Source: Bacteroidales bacterium
Lineage (GTDB): Bacteria > Bacteroidota > Bacteroidia > Bacteroidales > UBA10428
DNA length: 64,000 nucleotides
Direction of reading: 5' to 3'
Assembly: GCA_016926375.1 (NCBI GenBank)
Contig: JAFGOR010000031.1
Span: 4,131 to 68,130 of the forward strand
Below the pieces are notes generated by a model. The model was not told where the DNA came from, did no database searches, and saw only the letters and a program-made list of their open reading frames with translations. This document shows positions 1-9,992 of this stretch, piece by piece (the stretch's first letter is position 1; the number at the start of each line of letters is the position of its first letter). Both the position numbers and the translations under genes were made by a program.

Positions 1-1335
1 TGGGTTTTTTATAACGAGTCAGGTGATACCCTTCAGAAAGTAAGTTATTCTGTAGGAAAGAGAAATGGATATACTTACGAATATTATCAGGCAGCTGGTG
101 CTGATCCCATGTTCAGGGGCAGAATCATTTCTAAGGAGCTTTATGTAAATGATAAAAAAGAAGGATTGTCTTATTATTATTATACCAACGGAGCTTTGAA
201 AGAAGAAGTTGCCTATTTGAATAATAAACGTAATGGGATTACGCGTGAATTTGATGAAAATGGTACCCTGATCACCCTGCTTACATACAGAAATGGTTTG
301 TTAACTGATAGGGAAAAGATCAACCGGAAAGACAATCAGGGTCTCAGGCAAGGCACATGGAAAACATACTATGATAATGGCCGCCTGAAAGATGAAATGA
401 ATTTCAAGGATGACCTGTTAACCGGTGTTTATAAAGAGTATGAAGAGAATGGTAATATCAAGGTATTTATGCAATATAACAAGGGACTGATTGTTGAAGA
501 AAAAGACACTGTAGCCCTGGATATAGAAATAAAGAATGAATATGATGAGACCGGAAATCTTGTTTACTCAGGTTCCTACAGAAAAAATGTTCCGATTGGC
601 ATTCACCGTAATTATGATAAGAACGGAAAAGTTACGGGTTCTTTAATTTACTCAGACAATGGACTTAAATTAGGTGAAGGTATTCTTACCAATGAAGGGA
701 AGAAAGAAGGTAACTGGAAGTATTTCTATGAAAGTGGAAAGGTGAAATCAAACGGAAACTATTCAAATAATCTGGAGCAGGGTAAATGGCTGTATTATTT
801 TGAAAATGGAAAAAAAGAACAGGAAGGTGTTTTTAAAAATGGAAAACCCAACGGGTTGTGGCAATGGTTTTATGCTTCAGGTGGCATCAAAAGGGAAGAG
901 GAGTATTTTGATGGCAAAGAAGAAGGCCAATACATTGAATATGATACAATAGGACAGGTGCTTGTTAAAGGAACCTATTTCGACGGACAGAAAGAGGGTG
1001 AATGGTTCTATCAGGTGGGTGATTTTACAGAAAAGGGTAAATATGTGGGTGATCTCAAGGATGGTAAATGGCAGTCCTTTTATAGCAACGGTCAGTTAAA
1101 GTATGAAGGTTATTTTGTACAGGGAAATCCTGATGGTGAGCACACTTTTTATTACAGCAACGGACAGATTAAAGAAATTAACTATTATACAATGGGAATT
1201 TCGGAAAAGAACTGGAAGAAATTTGATGAGAACGGCATGCTATTACTCACCATTACCTACAAAGATAACCGCGAGTACAGAATTAACGGAGAAAAGGTTG
1301 AGTTTGCCACAGAGGATATCAAATTAATACAATAA
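1..1335 (+). CDS. MORN-variant (YwqK-like) repeat protein, 5' end cut by window edge
   Basis: Frame 1 is open from nt 1 ([14 protein letters not shown]...), so the ORF-track start at 109 is only an internal Met. The translation is more than a dozen tandem ~23-aa units of the form G-x-W-x-x-Y/F-Y-x-NG-x-L/I-K-x-E-x-x-Y/F-x-x-G-K/L-x-x-G. Stop at 1333-1335. Confidence 0.85.
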   Translation, partial: WVFYNESGDTLQKVSYSVGKRNGYTYEYYQAAGADPMFRGRIISKELYVNDKKEGLSYYYYTNGALKEEVAYLNNKRNGITREFDENGTLITLLTYRNGLLTDREKINRKDNQGLRQGTWKTYYDNGRLKDEMNFKDDLLTGVYKEYEENGNIKVFMQYNKGLIVEEKDTVALDIEIKNEYDETGNLVYSGSYRKNVPIGIHRNYDKNGKVTGSLIYSDNGLKLGEGILTNEGKKEGNWKYFYESGKVKSNGNYSNNLEQGKWLYYFENGKKEQEGVFKNGKPNGLWQWFYASGGIKREEEYFDGKEEGQYIEYDTIGQVLVKGTYFDGQKEGEWFYQVGDFTEKGKYVGDLKDGKWQSFYSNGQLKYEGYFVQGNPDGEHTFYYSNGQIKEINYYTMGISEKNWKKFDENGMLLLTITYKDNREYRINGEKVEFATEDIKLIQ

Positions 1336-1343
1336 AGGACCTC

Positions 1344-2369
1344 ATGGAGAATGATATTTTGTACAGAGACGGACTCGTTAATGAGGAAGAACGGGAAATT
1401 GATAAAAGCATACGTCCCAAGAGTTTTGAAGATTTCAGCGGACAGGAGAAACTGGTTGAAAACTTAAAGGTTTTTGTTGAAGCGGCAAAAATAAGAAATG
1501 AGTCATTGGATCATGTCATACTTTCAGGTCCTCCGGGCTTGGGAAAGACTACTCTCGCAAATATTATTTCTAATGAATTAAAGAGCAATATCCGGGTTAC
1601 TTCCGGACCCGTTTTGGAAAAGGCTGGAGATCTTGCCGGTATTTTAACAAATCTTGAAAGTCATGATGTTCTGTTTATTGATGAAATTCACCGATTGAAC
1701 GTTACTGTTGAAGAATTCCTCTATTCCGCCATGGAGGATTTTAAAATTGATTTGATTATTGATAAAGGTCCGGGTGCCCGGTCCATCCAGCTTAATTTGA
1801 ATCCCTTTACGCTTATTGGTGCTACTACCCGGGCAGGATTGCTTTCCAGCCCTTTAAGAGCCCGTTTTGGTATTAATATGCATCTGGAGTACTACGATTC
1901 AGCAATACTCGAAAAAATAGTATACCGGTCTGCGAAACTGCTGGGCATTGAAATTGATGCTGATGCTGCCCGTGAAATAGCCATGCGGTCGCGCGGAACC
2001 CCACGAATTGCTAATTCTTTGTTACGACGGGTTCGCGATTTTGCACAGGTAAAGAAACTGAAGCGGATTCATATGGAAATAACAGAGTTTGCTCTCGATG
2101 CATTAAATATTGATAAAAGTGGCCTGGACGAGATGGATAACCGTATTTTGCTAACTATTGTTGACAAATACCAGGGAGGACCGGTTGGATTAAATACCAT
2201 TGCAACTGCTGTGAGTGAGGAACCAGGTACCATTGAGGAAGTGTATGAACCTTTTTTGATTAAGGAAGGCTATCTTAAAAGAACTCCCAGAGGAAGGGAA
2301 GTCACCGCCCTTACTTATAAGCACCTGGGAAAAGAAAAACACGATACGCTGACCTTAGGGTTTGAATAA
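1344..2369 (+). CDS. ruvB: Holliday junction branch-migration helicase RuvB
   Basis: 341 aa. Walker [12 protein letters not shown], Walker [28 protein letters not shown] segment. Length and order typical of RuvB. Confidence 0.97.
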   Translation: MENDILYRDGLVNEEEREIDKSIRPKSFEDFSGQEKLVENLKVFVEAAKIRNESLDHVILSGPPGLGKTTLANIISNELKSNIRVTSGPVLEKAGDLAGILTNLESHDVLFIDEIHRLNVTVEEFLYSAMEDFKIDLIIDKGPGARSIQLNLNPFTLIGATTRAGLLSSPLRARFGINMHLEYYDSAILEKIVYRSAKLLGIEIDADAAREIAMRSRGTPRIANSLLRRVRDFAQVKKLKRIHMEITEFALDALNIDKSGLDEMDNRILLTIVDKYQGGPVGLNTIATAVSEEPGTIEEVYEPFLIKEGYLKRTPRGREVTALTYKHLGKEKHDTLTLGFE

Positions 2370-2402
2370 ACATAATGTCAGCGTTGTTCCTTAAACAGTA
2401 AA

Positions 2403-3419
2403 TCAATAGGAGCTGTTAAACTGGTTAATGAAACGAACATCGTTTTCAAAATACAAGCGAAGATCGTTGACCTGGTATTTCAGCATTGCTATTCGTTCAA
2501 TTCCCATCCCAAAGGCAAATCCTGTATATTTTTTACTGTCGATGGAAGAGGCTTCCAGTACATTGGGATCAACCATACCGCATCCCAGAATTTCCAGAAA
2601 CCCTGTGTATTTGCATACATTACAACCGGCTCCACCGCAAATGGTACAGGATACATCCATTTCTGCCGAAGGTTCGGTAAAAGGAAAAAAGGAAGGTCTT
2701 AACCGGATTTGTGTTTTTTCTCCGAGCATTTCACGGGCAAAGAACAGGAGTGTCTGTTTGAGGTCTGCAAAAGACACATTTTCATCAATATACAAGCCTT
2801 CTATTTGATGAAATATGCAATGAGCCCTTGCAGATATGGCCTCATTACGGAAAACACGGCCTGGAAAGATTTTTCGGATTGGCGGAGCTGTGTTTTCCAT
2901 AACACGAACCTGAACTGAGGAGGTATGTGTTCTCAACAATATGTCGGGATTCTTTTCGATAAAAAAAGTATCCTGCATATCCCTGGCCGGATGCTCCTGC
3001 GGAAAATTTAATCCTGAGAATACGTGCCAGTCATCCTCAATTTCCGGACCTTCGGCAACAGTAAAACCAATTTTCGAAAAAATGGACACAATTTCTCTTC
3101 TGATTAAAGAAACCGGATGACGCGAACCGCTTTTTAGTGGTTCTGATGGCAATGTCAAATCTCCTGAAAACTCCTTAGCGGAATCAGCCAGCTTATCTTT
3201 TAATTCCTGATATTTTAATACGGCTTTTTCTTTAAGATGGTTCAAATGCTGACCGGTAGCTTTTTTGATATCGGGTGACAGCGTTTTGAATTCTTCAAAG
3301 AGCACTGCAAAAAGACCTTTTTTACTTAAATATTGTAATCTGAAGCTTTCAAGTTCATCGTTATTGGTAATGTGAAATTTTTCAATTTCTTCGGAGTATT
3401 TTGCAATGCGATCAATCAT
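2403..3419 (-). CDS. pheS: phenylalanine--tRNA ligase alpha subunit
   Basis: 338 aa. Class II aaRS motifs (FPGRVFRNEAISARAHCIFHQIEG, GFAFGMGIERIAMLKY) with an N-terminal coiled-coil region typical of PheS. Confidence 0.96.
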   Translation of the reverse strand: MIDRIAKYSEEIEKFHITNNDELESFRLQYLSKKGLFAVLFEEFKTLSPDIKKATGQHLNHLKEKAVLKYQELKDKLADSAKEFSGDLTLPSEPLKSGSRHPVSLIRREIVSIFSKIGFTVAEGPEIEDDWHVFSGLNFPQEHPARDMQDTFFIEKNPDILLRTHTSSVQVRVMENTAPPIRKIFPGRVFRNEAISARAHCIFHQIEGLYIDENVSFADLKQTLLFFAREMLGEKTQIRLRPSFFPFTEPSAEMDVSCTICGGAGCNVCKYTGFLEILGCGMVDPNVLEASSIDSKKYTGFAFGMGIERIAMLKYQVNDLRLYFENDVRFINQFNSSY

Positions 3420-3431
3420 TTTTCCTGTACT

Positions 3432-4103
3432 TTATTCTGCTAAATAGGCTTTTATTATTTCGATATCAGCTACAGGCCGGTTACGAGAATCGGTTTGGGC
3501 TGCTGCAATTTTATCAATAATTTCCATTCCCTCTGTTACTTCCCCAAATACTGTATATGCATTATCAAGATGTGGTACTCCGCCAACTGTGGTGTAGGCT
3601 TCACGTTGCTCCGGAGTGAAGGGATCATGCTTTCCTGAGTTAACATAGAAATCAAGCTGCGGATCGGTCAATACTTTTCCCTGCACAATATAAAACTGTG
3701 AACCGGAAGATTCTTTCATGGGATTCATTGCGTCTCCCAATCTTGCCGCAGCCAGAGCTCCCTTTTTATGAAAGTGGTAAATCGAAAATTCTGCAGGCAG
3801 GGTATAACCCGGTCCGCCGTCTCCCAACATCTGACCTGAAGCCGCATTACGGGAATTGGGATCACCGCCCTGGATCATAAAATCTGCAATAACACGATGA
3901 AAAAGTAACCCGTCATAATATCCCTGTTCAACCAGTTTAACAAAGTTCTCTTTGTGTTTAGGTGTATCATCATAGAGCATGATTTTAATATCGCCTGCCG
4001 TGGTTTGCAGAACTATTTTTGTTTGAGCCATGGTGTTCATACAGAGGTTAAAGGTTAATAAAATGTAAGCAAGCGGTGATAAAAGTAATCTGCAGTATTT
4101 CAT
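3432..4103 (-). CDS. secreted cyclophilin-type peptidyl-prolyl cis-trans isomerase
   Basis: The ORF track extends to 4433, but the signal peptide plus cyclophilin domain start at the internal ATG (reverse-strand cat at 4101-4103: MKYCRLLLSPLAYILL...). Motifs FHRVIADFMIQGGDP and GSQFYIV. Confidence 0.9.
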   Translation of the reverse strand: MKYCRLLLSPLAYILLTFNLCMNTMAQTKIVLQTTAGDIKIMLYDDTPKHKENFVKLVEQGYYDGLLFHRVIADFMIQGGDPNSRNAASGQMLGDGGPGYTLPAEFSIYHFHKKGALAAARLGDAMNPMKESSGSQFYIVQGKVLTDPQLDFYVNSGKHDPFTPEQREAYTTVGGVPHLDNAYTVFGEVTEGMEIIDKIAAAQTDSRNRPVADIEIIKAYLAE

Positions 4104-4122
4104 GAAGCGTTCTTTTTTAAAA

Positions 4123-4130
4123 TATATTTG
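4123..4130 (+). promoter_or_regulatory. candidate Bacteroidota -7 promoter element (TATATTTG) for the flippase-dut unit
   Basis: Exact match to the TAnnTTTG -7 consensus of Bacteroidota sigma-A-type promoters, in the 96-nt divergent spacer, 70 nt upstream of the TTG start at 4200. Confidence 0.3.
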
Positions 4131-4199
4131 CGCCCTAATAGCGTGTGAAATTATAAAATAATTTGTCCCGATTAATCGTTTGAAACAAATTTTAATTCT

Positions 4200-5687
4200 T
4201 TGAATCATTATAAAAAGCTCGGCGGTCAGGCTGTAATCTATGGATTGGGAAATGTAGTACCCAGGTTGCTGAATTATGCGGTATTGACTTTCTATTATAC
4301 CAGAAGGTTTTCCATTGAGGAATTTGGTATGATTACCGAATTGTACGCGTATGTTGCCATACTTTTGATTATTCTCACCTATGGTATGGAAACGGGCTTG
4401 TTTAAGTTTTCTGTTAGCAATGAGAATCAGCATACGGTTTATTCTACGACGCTGATTTCTGTAATAACAACTTCCGTATTGTTTGTTTTTGTAATCGTAT
4501 TTCTAAACAGGAATATTGCAGAATTAATTGGTTATAAGGGCAATCCGGAATATATTATTTATCTTGGACTGACTCTTTCTCTTGACGCCATTACTGCTAT
4601 TGCTTTTGCCAAATTGCGAGTTGAAAACAAGGTTCGGAGATTTGCCACCTTAAAAATTATTAATGTAGTAGTTACCATCTTTTTTGTTTTTTTATTTCTG
4701 GAGGCACTTCCGAAAATACGTCCGATTAGTGAAGCTTCGTGGTATGTGGATAAATTTCGCTCAGTTGGTGTGGGTTATGTTTTTATATCGAACCTGTTGG
4801 CCAGTTTCTTTATCATGATGCTGCTGATGGGGGACCATTTAAAGCTTAAATGGCAGGTTAATCCGGTATTGCTTAAAAAGATGCTTTTTTATTCTTTACC
4901 GCTTTTGGTAGTTGGACTGGCTGGTACTTTTAACGAAACAATCGACAGGATTCTGCTTCGATCCTATACTGCTGATGGTTTAAATCCTTTATACGAAATT
5001 GGTATTTATGGGGCCAATTATAGGATAGCCGTTCTTATGACACTGTTTGTTCAAATGTTCCGCTATGCTGCTGAACCATTTTACTTCAATATGGCAAAAA
5101 GTACTGATTCAAAAGTGGTATATGCCAACGTACTTAAATATTTCACTATTTTTCTGATGATTGTTTTTCTGGCTGTTTCACTTGGTATCGACTTTTTTAA
5201 GTTATTTATAGACAGCAAGCATTATGAAGGGTTGGGTATAGTTCCTGTGGTTTTGATGGCAAATGTTCTTGTTGGCATGTTGTTTAATGTGAACATGTGG
5301 TATAAAATTACAGGGCATACTGTTTATGGAGTTTACATAACAAGCCTGGGAGCTGTAATTACCATAGTGATGAATATTTTGTTGATTCCTCTGTATAGCT
5401 ATCATGCATGTGCCTGGATTCATTTGGTTACCAACTTTGTGATGCTTAGTCTGACCTATTTGATAGGGCAACGATTTTACAAGATTAATTATGATATTGG
5501 AAGAATCCTGCTTTATGTTATACTGGCATTGGTCTTTTATTTTATCGGAAATGCATTAAAAACTGATAGGGAATATATTAATATTGCAATCGGCTTGTTT
5601 TTTGTTTCTGTTTACGTATTCATTTGCAATAAAAGAGAAAATCTGTTTAACGTATTTTTGGAAAAAAATGAAAGTGAAGATAGTTAA
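4200..5687 (+). CDS. polysaccharide/oligosaccharide flippase-family (MOP/Wzx-like) membrane protein
   Basis: 495 aa and hydrophobic throughout, with a dozen or more TM segments. N-terminus [22 protein letters not shown] is typical of Wzx-like polysaccharide biosynthesis proteins. TTG start. The 3' end overlaps dut by 20 nt. Confidence 0.75.
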   Translation: MNHYKKLGGQAVIYGLGNVVPRLLNYAVLTFYYTRRFSIEEFGMITELYAYVAILLIILTYGMETGLFKFSVSNENQHTVYSTTLISVITTSVLFVFVIVFLNRNIAELIGYKGNPEYIIYLGLTLSLDAITAIAFAKLRVENKVRRFATLKIINVVVTIFFVFLFLEALPKIRPISEASWYVDKFRSVGVGYVFISNLLASFFIMMLLMGDHLKLKWQVNPVLLKKMLFYSLPLLVVGLAGTFNETIDRILLRSYTADGLNPLYEIGIYGANYRIAVLMTLFVQMFRYAAEPFYFNMAKSTDSKVVYANVLKYFTIFLMIVFLAVSLGIDFFKLFIDSKHYEGLGIVPVVLMANVLVGMLFNVNMWYKITGHTVYGVYITSLGAVITIVMNILLIPLYSYHACAWIHLVTNFVMLSLTYLIGQRFYKINYDIGRILLYVILALVFYFIGNALKTDREYINIAIGLFFVSVYVFICNKRENLFNVFLEKNESEDS

Positions 5688-6099
5688 CCGGTCAAAGCAT
5701 ACCTCTCCTGCTTACAGTACACTGTTATCAGCCGGAATGGATGTGTGTGCCAACATTGATCATCCTGTTTTGCTGAAGCCATTGGAAAGGGCTTTAATAC
5801 CCACCGGATTGTTCATCGAATTGCCTGAAGGCTTTGAGGCTCAAATCAGACCAAGAAGCGGACTTGCCTTAAAAAAGGGAATAACCGTTTTAAATACACC
5901 CGGCACTATTGATGCAGACTACAGAGGAGAAATTGGCGTTATACTTGTTAATCTTTCAAACGAAGATTTCATCGTCAATGATGGAGAAAGAATTTGTCAA
6001 ATGGTTGTTTCAAGGCATGAAAAGATCGAATGGCTTGTATCCGAATTGCTTACAGATACTGGAAGAGGAGCGGGCGGATTTGGTCATACAGGGTCTTAA
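5668..6099 (+). CDS. dut: dUTP diphosphatase
   Basis: Start moved to the internal ATG at 5668 (MKVKIVNRS...). dUTPase motifs [24 protein letters not shown] and a C-terminal GGFGHTG. Confidence 0.95.
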   Translation: MKVKIVNRSKHTSPAYSTLLSAGMDVCANIDHPVLLKPLERALIPTGLFIELPEGFEAQIRPRSGLALKKGITVLNTPGTIDADYRGEIGVILVNLSNEDFIVNDGERICQMVVSRHEKIEWLVSELLTDTGRGAGGFGHTGS

Positions 6100-6117
6100 T
6101 TATTATTCCCGGCTTGC

Positions 6118-7845
6118 ATGAAAAAGACTTTTTTATATATCGTGTTTCTAATAGTATTTGGTTCAGGCAATTGTGATACCTACGCCCAGGAGTTTTTTCC
6201 TGTGTTAAAACCTGACGCATCCAGTAGCAATCAGGACTATTACTTTGCCTTTACTGAGGCAACGCGGTATTTCATGACCGGAAATTATGTGCAGGCAGTG
6301 ACTTTGTATAATGAGTGCTTAAGAATAAAGTCTACCAGCGGTGCACCTCATTATCAGTTATCACGCATCTTTCTGAATGCCGGAAATAATTTATTGGCAC
6401 TTGAGCATGCTAAGAGGGCTGTTGCTTTGGATAAAACAAATAAATGGTATCTCCAGGGCCTTGCTAATATTTTTCAGTTAGCGGATAAGAAGGATAGTGC
6501 TGTAGTTATTGTAAAACAGCTTTTGTCGATTGACAAAGATAATCCCGCATACTTGATGAATATTGCCGGGTTATATCAGGAATTGGGTAGAATGGATAGT
6601 TCCCTGAAATATTTGGATCTCGTAGAAAAAAGAATTGGTAAGTCAAAGGAGGTTTCATTAAAGAGATACCAAATCTATGAAGAGATGAACCTTAAGGGTA
6701 AAGCCCTGGGCAGTCTCAATCTTTCTTATTCACTGGATACAACCGACTATATTGTTTCCGGAATGCTGGCTGAGTTTTACCGGAGCGCAAGTCAAACAGA
6801 TTCTGCCATTAAGTATTACCGGAAGATATATCCCGAGTACAAATCAGAGCCGATGGTTTCGTATTCCTATGCTGAATTTTTACTTGAACTCGGTGATACA
6901 GTTAATGCCAGGGATGTATTGCTTGAAACTATGCGGGATGATGAAATTAGCATCCTGCGGAAGTCGGAATACTTTCTCAATTTGGTTCAGGATAATGTGC
7001 AATACGAATTAAACAGGCCCGTTTTGGATACCATTGCAATCACTTATCTGAAAGAATATCCCAATGATATCCGGGCTTTATCTGTTTATTCCGATATACA
7101 AATACGCCAACGGAATTATAAAAAAGCCACAGCTGTATTAATCCGGGTTTATGAACTTGACAAACGGAATTATCTGGCACTGGAGCAGTTGTTGTATACC
7201 CTGAATATCCAGGGAAAGAGTGATAGTGTATTGTTATTTTCGGAGGATGGGCTTAAAGGTTTTACAGACAGGCCATTGGTTTATTTATTTAACGGTTCTG
7301 CGAAGAATGATTTAAAGCGGTATAACGAAGCCCTTGATGTTTTAAACAGGGGATTGCGTTTTGTAACAGATAGCGCATTGAAAGTTCAGTTTTACAGTTT
7401 ATTGGCCGATTCGTACAGGAATATAGGAGAATTTGCGAAGTCTGATGAAGCATTTGAAAAGGCATTACGGATTGATCCGGTAAATATTGTTATCAAAAAC
7501 AATTATGCCTATTACCTTTCAGTGCGGGGAGAACGCTTGAAATTTGCCCTTAAAATGAGCCGGCAAACCATTAAGGAGGAGCCCCGGAATGCTACATATT
7601 TGGATACCTACGCCTGGATTCTTTTTAAAATGAACAGAATATCCGGTGCAAAAAAGTATATTGATCTTGCGTTATCCCATAGTGGTGACCAGAATAGCGA
7701 AATATTACTACACGCTGGTGAAATATTTCTGAAGGCCAGAATATATGATAAGGCTTTATTTTATTATAAAAAGGCAATTTTGCTGCTTCAGGGTAATGAA
7801 AAAAAAGAGGCTGAGAATAAGATTCGGGCTATAATGATGAAATAA
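6118..7845 (+). CDS. TPR-repeat protein with signal peptide
   Basis: 575 aa. N-terminal signal peptide MKKTFLYIVFLIVFGSGNCDTYAQ, then repeated 34-aa helical TPR-like units (for example YFMTGNYVQAVTLYNECLRI and GEFAKSDEAFEKALRIDP). Confidence 0.8.
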   Translation: MKKTFLYIVFLIVFGSGNCDTYAQEFFPVLKPDASSSNQDYYFAFTEATRYFMTGNYVQAVTLYNECLRIKSTSGAPHYQLSRIFLNAGNNLLALEHAKRAVALDKTNKWYLQGLANIFQLADKKDSAVVIVKQLLSIDKDNPAYLMNIAGLYQELGRMDSSLKYLDLVEKRIGKSKEVSLKRYQIYEEMNLKGKALGSLNLSYSLDTTDYIVSGMLAEFYRSASQTDSAIKYYRKIYPEYKSEPMVSYSYAEFLLELGDTVNARDVLLETMRDDEISILRKSEYFLNLVQDNVQYELNRPVLDTIAITYLKEYPNDIRALSVYSDIQIRQRNYKKATAVLIRVYELDKRNYLALEQLLYTLNIQGKSDSVLLFSEDGLKGFTDRPLVYLFNGSAKNDLKRYNEALDVLNRGLRFVTDSALKVQFYSLLADSYRNIGEFAKSDEAFEKALRIDPVNIVIKNNYAYYLSVRGERLKFALKMSRQTIKEEPRNATYLDTYAWILFKMNRISGAKKYIDLALSHSGDQNSEILLHAGEIFLKARIYDKALFYYKKAILLLQGNEKKEAENKIRAIMMK

Positions 7846-7860
7846 TTTGGATATCAAGGA

Positions 7861-9054
7861 ATGAAAACGTTTTTAGCCATAGGGTTCATCATTGTTGTGT
7901 TTGCTGGTCAGCTAACCGGTCAGAATAATGCGAAAAAGATTCGGGAAAGCCGGGATAAAACCCTTAGGGAGATTGAATATGCTAACAAACTGCTTATTGA
8001 AACACAGGGAAAAACAAAAGAATCATTGAATGAAGTAAATCTGATTAACCACAAACTGAGCAAAAGGAAGGAATATTTAATAGGAATTGAGGTTGAAATG
8101 TCGGTTTTGGATCAGGCAATTGAAGGGAACCAGCTTACGATTAACAACGTAGAAAAAGAAATTGAAAAACTGAAGCTTTTGTATGCAAGAATGATTGTAA
8201 ATGGTTACAAAAATCAAAGCCGGAAATTCGGAATCATGTATTTTCTGGCTTCTGAAAATTTGAATCAGCTCTACCGAAGAATTCGGACAATTAAACTCTT
8301 TAACAGCTACCTGAAGAAAAAACATAGCGAATTAAGTGAGTTGAGGATGGATTATTTGAGAAGAAATGATGAATTACAAAAGTTAAAGAATGAGAAGGAC
8401 GTATTGGTAAAAAAGGCAAAAAGAGAAACGCTTACAATTCAACAGGAGGTTAATCAGAAGAACAATCTGGTGAAGCAACTCAAGAAAAAGCAGAAAGAAA
8501 TTGAAGCAGAAATAAAAAATAAGGAAGGAACTGCTAAGAAGCTTGAAAATGAGCTGAGAAGAATTATCGCAGAAGAAAAAAAGAAGATAAAGTCTTCCGG
8601 TTCTAAAGAAAGAATGACTCCCGCAGAAAAAATCATATCAGGTGATTTTGAAAAGAATGCCGGAAGACTGCCCTGGCCTACTCAGAAAGGAGTTATCACC
8701 GGGCAGTATGGGGAGCATCAACATCCGGATTATAAATCTGTTACGGTCAGAAATGACGGAATATACATTGCTACAAGTACGGGGGAGTATGCCAGGTCCA
8801 TATTCAAGGGGGTTGTATCACGCGTTTTTTCTATTCCGGGCGAAAACTATACGGTTATTATTAAACATGGTCAGTTTTATTCGCTGTACCACAATTTAAT
8901 TCATGTAAGCGTAAAGGCAGGACAAAGTGTAGAGATTAAAGAAAACATCGGAAAGGTCTTTACAAATGATAAAACAAAGGAAACCATCTTGTATTTTCAG
9001 ATTTGGAAAGAAACTGAAAGGAGAGATCCGGAATTGTGGCTGGCACCTTTATAA
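7861..9054 (+). CDS. coiled-coil plus M23/LytM peptidase-domain protein (EnvC-like)
   Basis: 397 aa. Signal peptide, a long K/E/L-rich coiled-coil region, then a C-terminal M23 domain (LPWPTQKGVITGQYGEHQHP, YTVIIKHGQFYSLYHNL). Confidence 0.85.
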   Translation: MKTFLAIGFIIVVFAGQLTGQNNAKKIRESRDKTLREIEYANKLLIETQGKTKESLNEVNLINHKLSKRKEYLIGIEVEMSVLDQAIEGNQLTINNVEKEIEKLKLLYARMIVNGYKNQSRKFGIMYFLASENLNQLYRRIRTIKLFNSYLKKKHSELSELRMDYLRRNDELQKLKNEKDVLVKKAKRETLTIQQEVNQKNNLVKQLKKKQKEIEAEIKNKEGTAKKLENELRRIIAEEKKKIKSSGSKERMTPAEKIISGDFEKNAGRLPWPTQKGVITGQYGEHQHPDYKSVTVRNDGIYIATSTGEYARSIFKGVVSRVFSIPGENYTVIIKHGQFYSLYHNLIHVSVKAGQSVEIKENIGKVFTNDKTKETILYFQIWKETERRDPELWLAPL

Positions 9055-9153
9055 ATTGAAAAGCTTTTTTTTAATAATTTAGCATAAAACTTAACCAAAA
9101 GAGTAACAAAAGAAGATTAATTAAGTATATAAAATGTAATCGAAATAACCCTG

Positions 9154-9555
9154 GTGATGAAAAAAACTCTTAAAGTAACCTCAAAAATTGAGAATTTAAG
9201 AAAAGTGGAGAAGCTGATTGATGAGCTATCTACTGAATACAACATAAGTGCTGATGTTTACGGTAACATTCTTATAGCAGCTTTGGAAGCAGCAAACAAT
9301 GCCATATTGCATGGGAACAAACTGGATGAGAATAAAAGTGTTGATATTGCCGTAGAAATTGATGAGAAGAAGCTCAGAATCAAAATTGATGATGAAGGAA
9401 ATGGTTTTGACTATAAAAACGTACCTGACCCTACTGCACCGGAAAATATAGAAAATGTTAATGGGAGGGGTATTTTCCTCATGGAAAAATTATCCGATAA
9501 TATCGTATTTACGCGGAACGGTGCCACTGTTGAACTGGAATTTAATATTAAGTAG
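9154..9555 (+). CDS. small GHKL ATPase, RsbW/SpoIIAB-like anti-sigma-type serine kinase
   Basis: 133 aa. N-box-like EAANNAILHGN, G1-like DDEGNGF, G2-like GRGIFLM. GTG at 9154 with an ATG at 9157. Stops 3 nt before ybeY. Confidence 0.7.
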   Translation: MMKKTLKVTSKIENLRKVEKLIDELSTEYNISADVYGNILIAALEAANNAILHGNKLDENKSVDIAVEIDEKKLRIKIDDEGNGFDYKNVPDPTAPENIENVNGRGIFLMEKLSDNIVFTRNGATVELEFNIK

Positions 9556-9558
9556 GGG

Positions 9559-9975
9559 TTGAAAATTAATTTTTTCTATGATATTCATAAGAAAAATGCA
9601 ATTGTTGATACAATTGTAGTTGAAAAACGGATTAAAAACCTGTTACGGAACGAAGGAAAGAAGTTAGGGGAAATAAACATCACATTTACAAGTAATCAGC
9701 GAATACTTGAGGTAAACGAGAAATTTCTGGGTCATCATTATTACACGGATGTAATTACATTCAACTATTGTGTGAAAAATGTAATTACAGGGGATTTGTT
9801 AATTAGCATTGATCAGGTTGAAATCAATGCCCGCAAGTATAATTTTAAATTTGAAAAAGAAATATTGCGGGTTATACTTCATGGCGTGCTTCATTTGGTA
9901 GGATACAATGATTCGAGTGAGGAAGAAATTCGAATGATGAGAAAGAAAGAAGATACGTATCTTTGCGGATTGTAA
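9559..9975 (+). CDS. ybeY: rRNA maturation endoribonuclease YbeY
   Basis: 138 aa. YYTDVITFNY and the metal-site motif LHGVLHLVGYND typical of YbeY. TTG start. Confidence 0.93.
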   Translation: MKINFFYDIHKKNAIVDTIVVEKRIKNLLRNEGKKLGEINITFTSNQRILEVNEKFLGHHYYTDVITFNYCVKNVITGDLLISIDQVEINARKYNFKFEKEILRVILHGVLHLVGYNDSSEEEIRMMRKKEDTYLCGL

Positions 9976-9992
9976 AACAAAATTGATTTTTA

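Noticed and set aside
1-1335. The MORN-variant repeat protein belongs to the family often labelled YwqK-family antitoxin, which could suggest a toxin-antitoxin module.
   Set aside because: The downstream neighbour is ruvB, 8 nt away, and no toxin-like partner is visible. The upstream side is outside the window. A repeat-protein label alone is not evidence for a TA system.
4104-4433. N-terminal extension of the cyclophilin ORF (333 aa in the ORF track). Similar extensions affect carB (53288-53377), the DUF2723 gene (37228-37350), dut (5584-5667) and the PorZ-like gene (46284-46346).
   Set aside because: The extensions overlap the neighbouring gene or run through promoter and operator DNA, and they precede an internal ATG that starts a proper signal peptide or conserved N-terminus. 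I treat them as ORF-caller artefacts.
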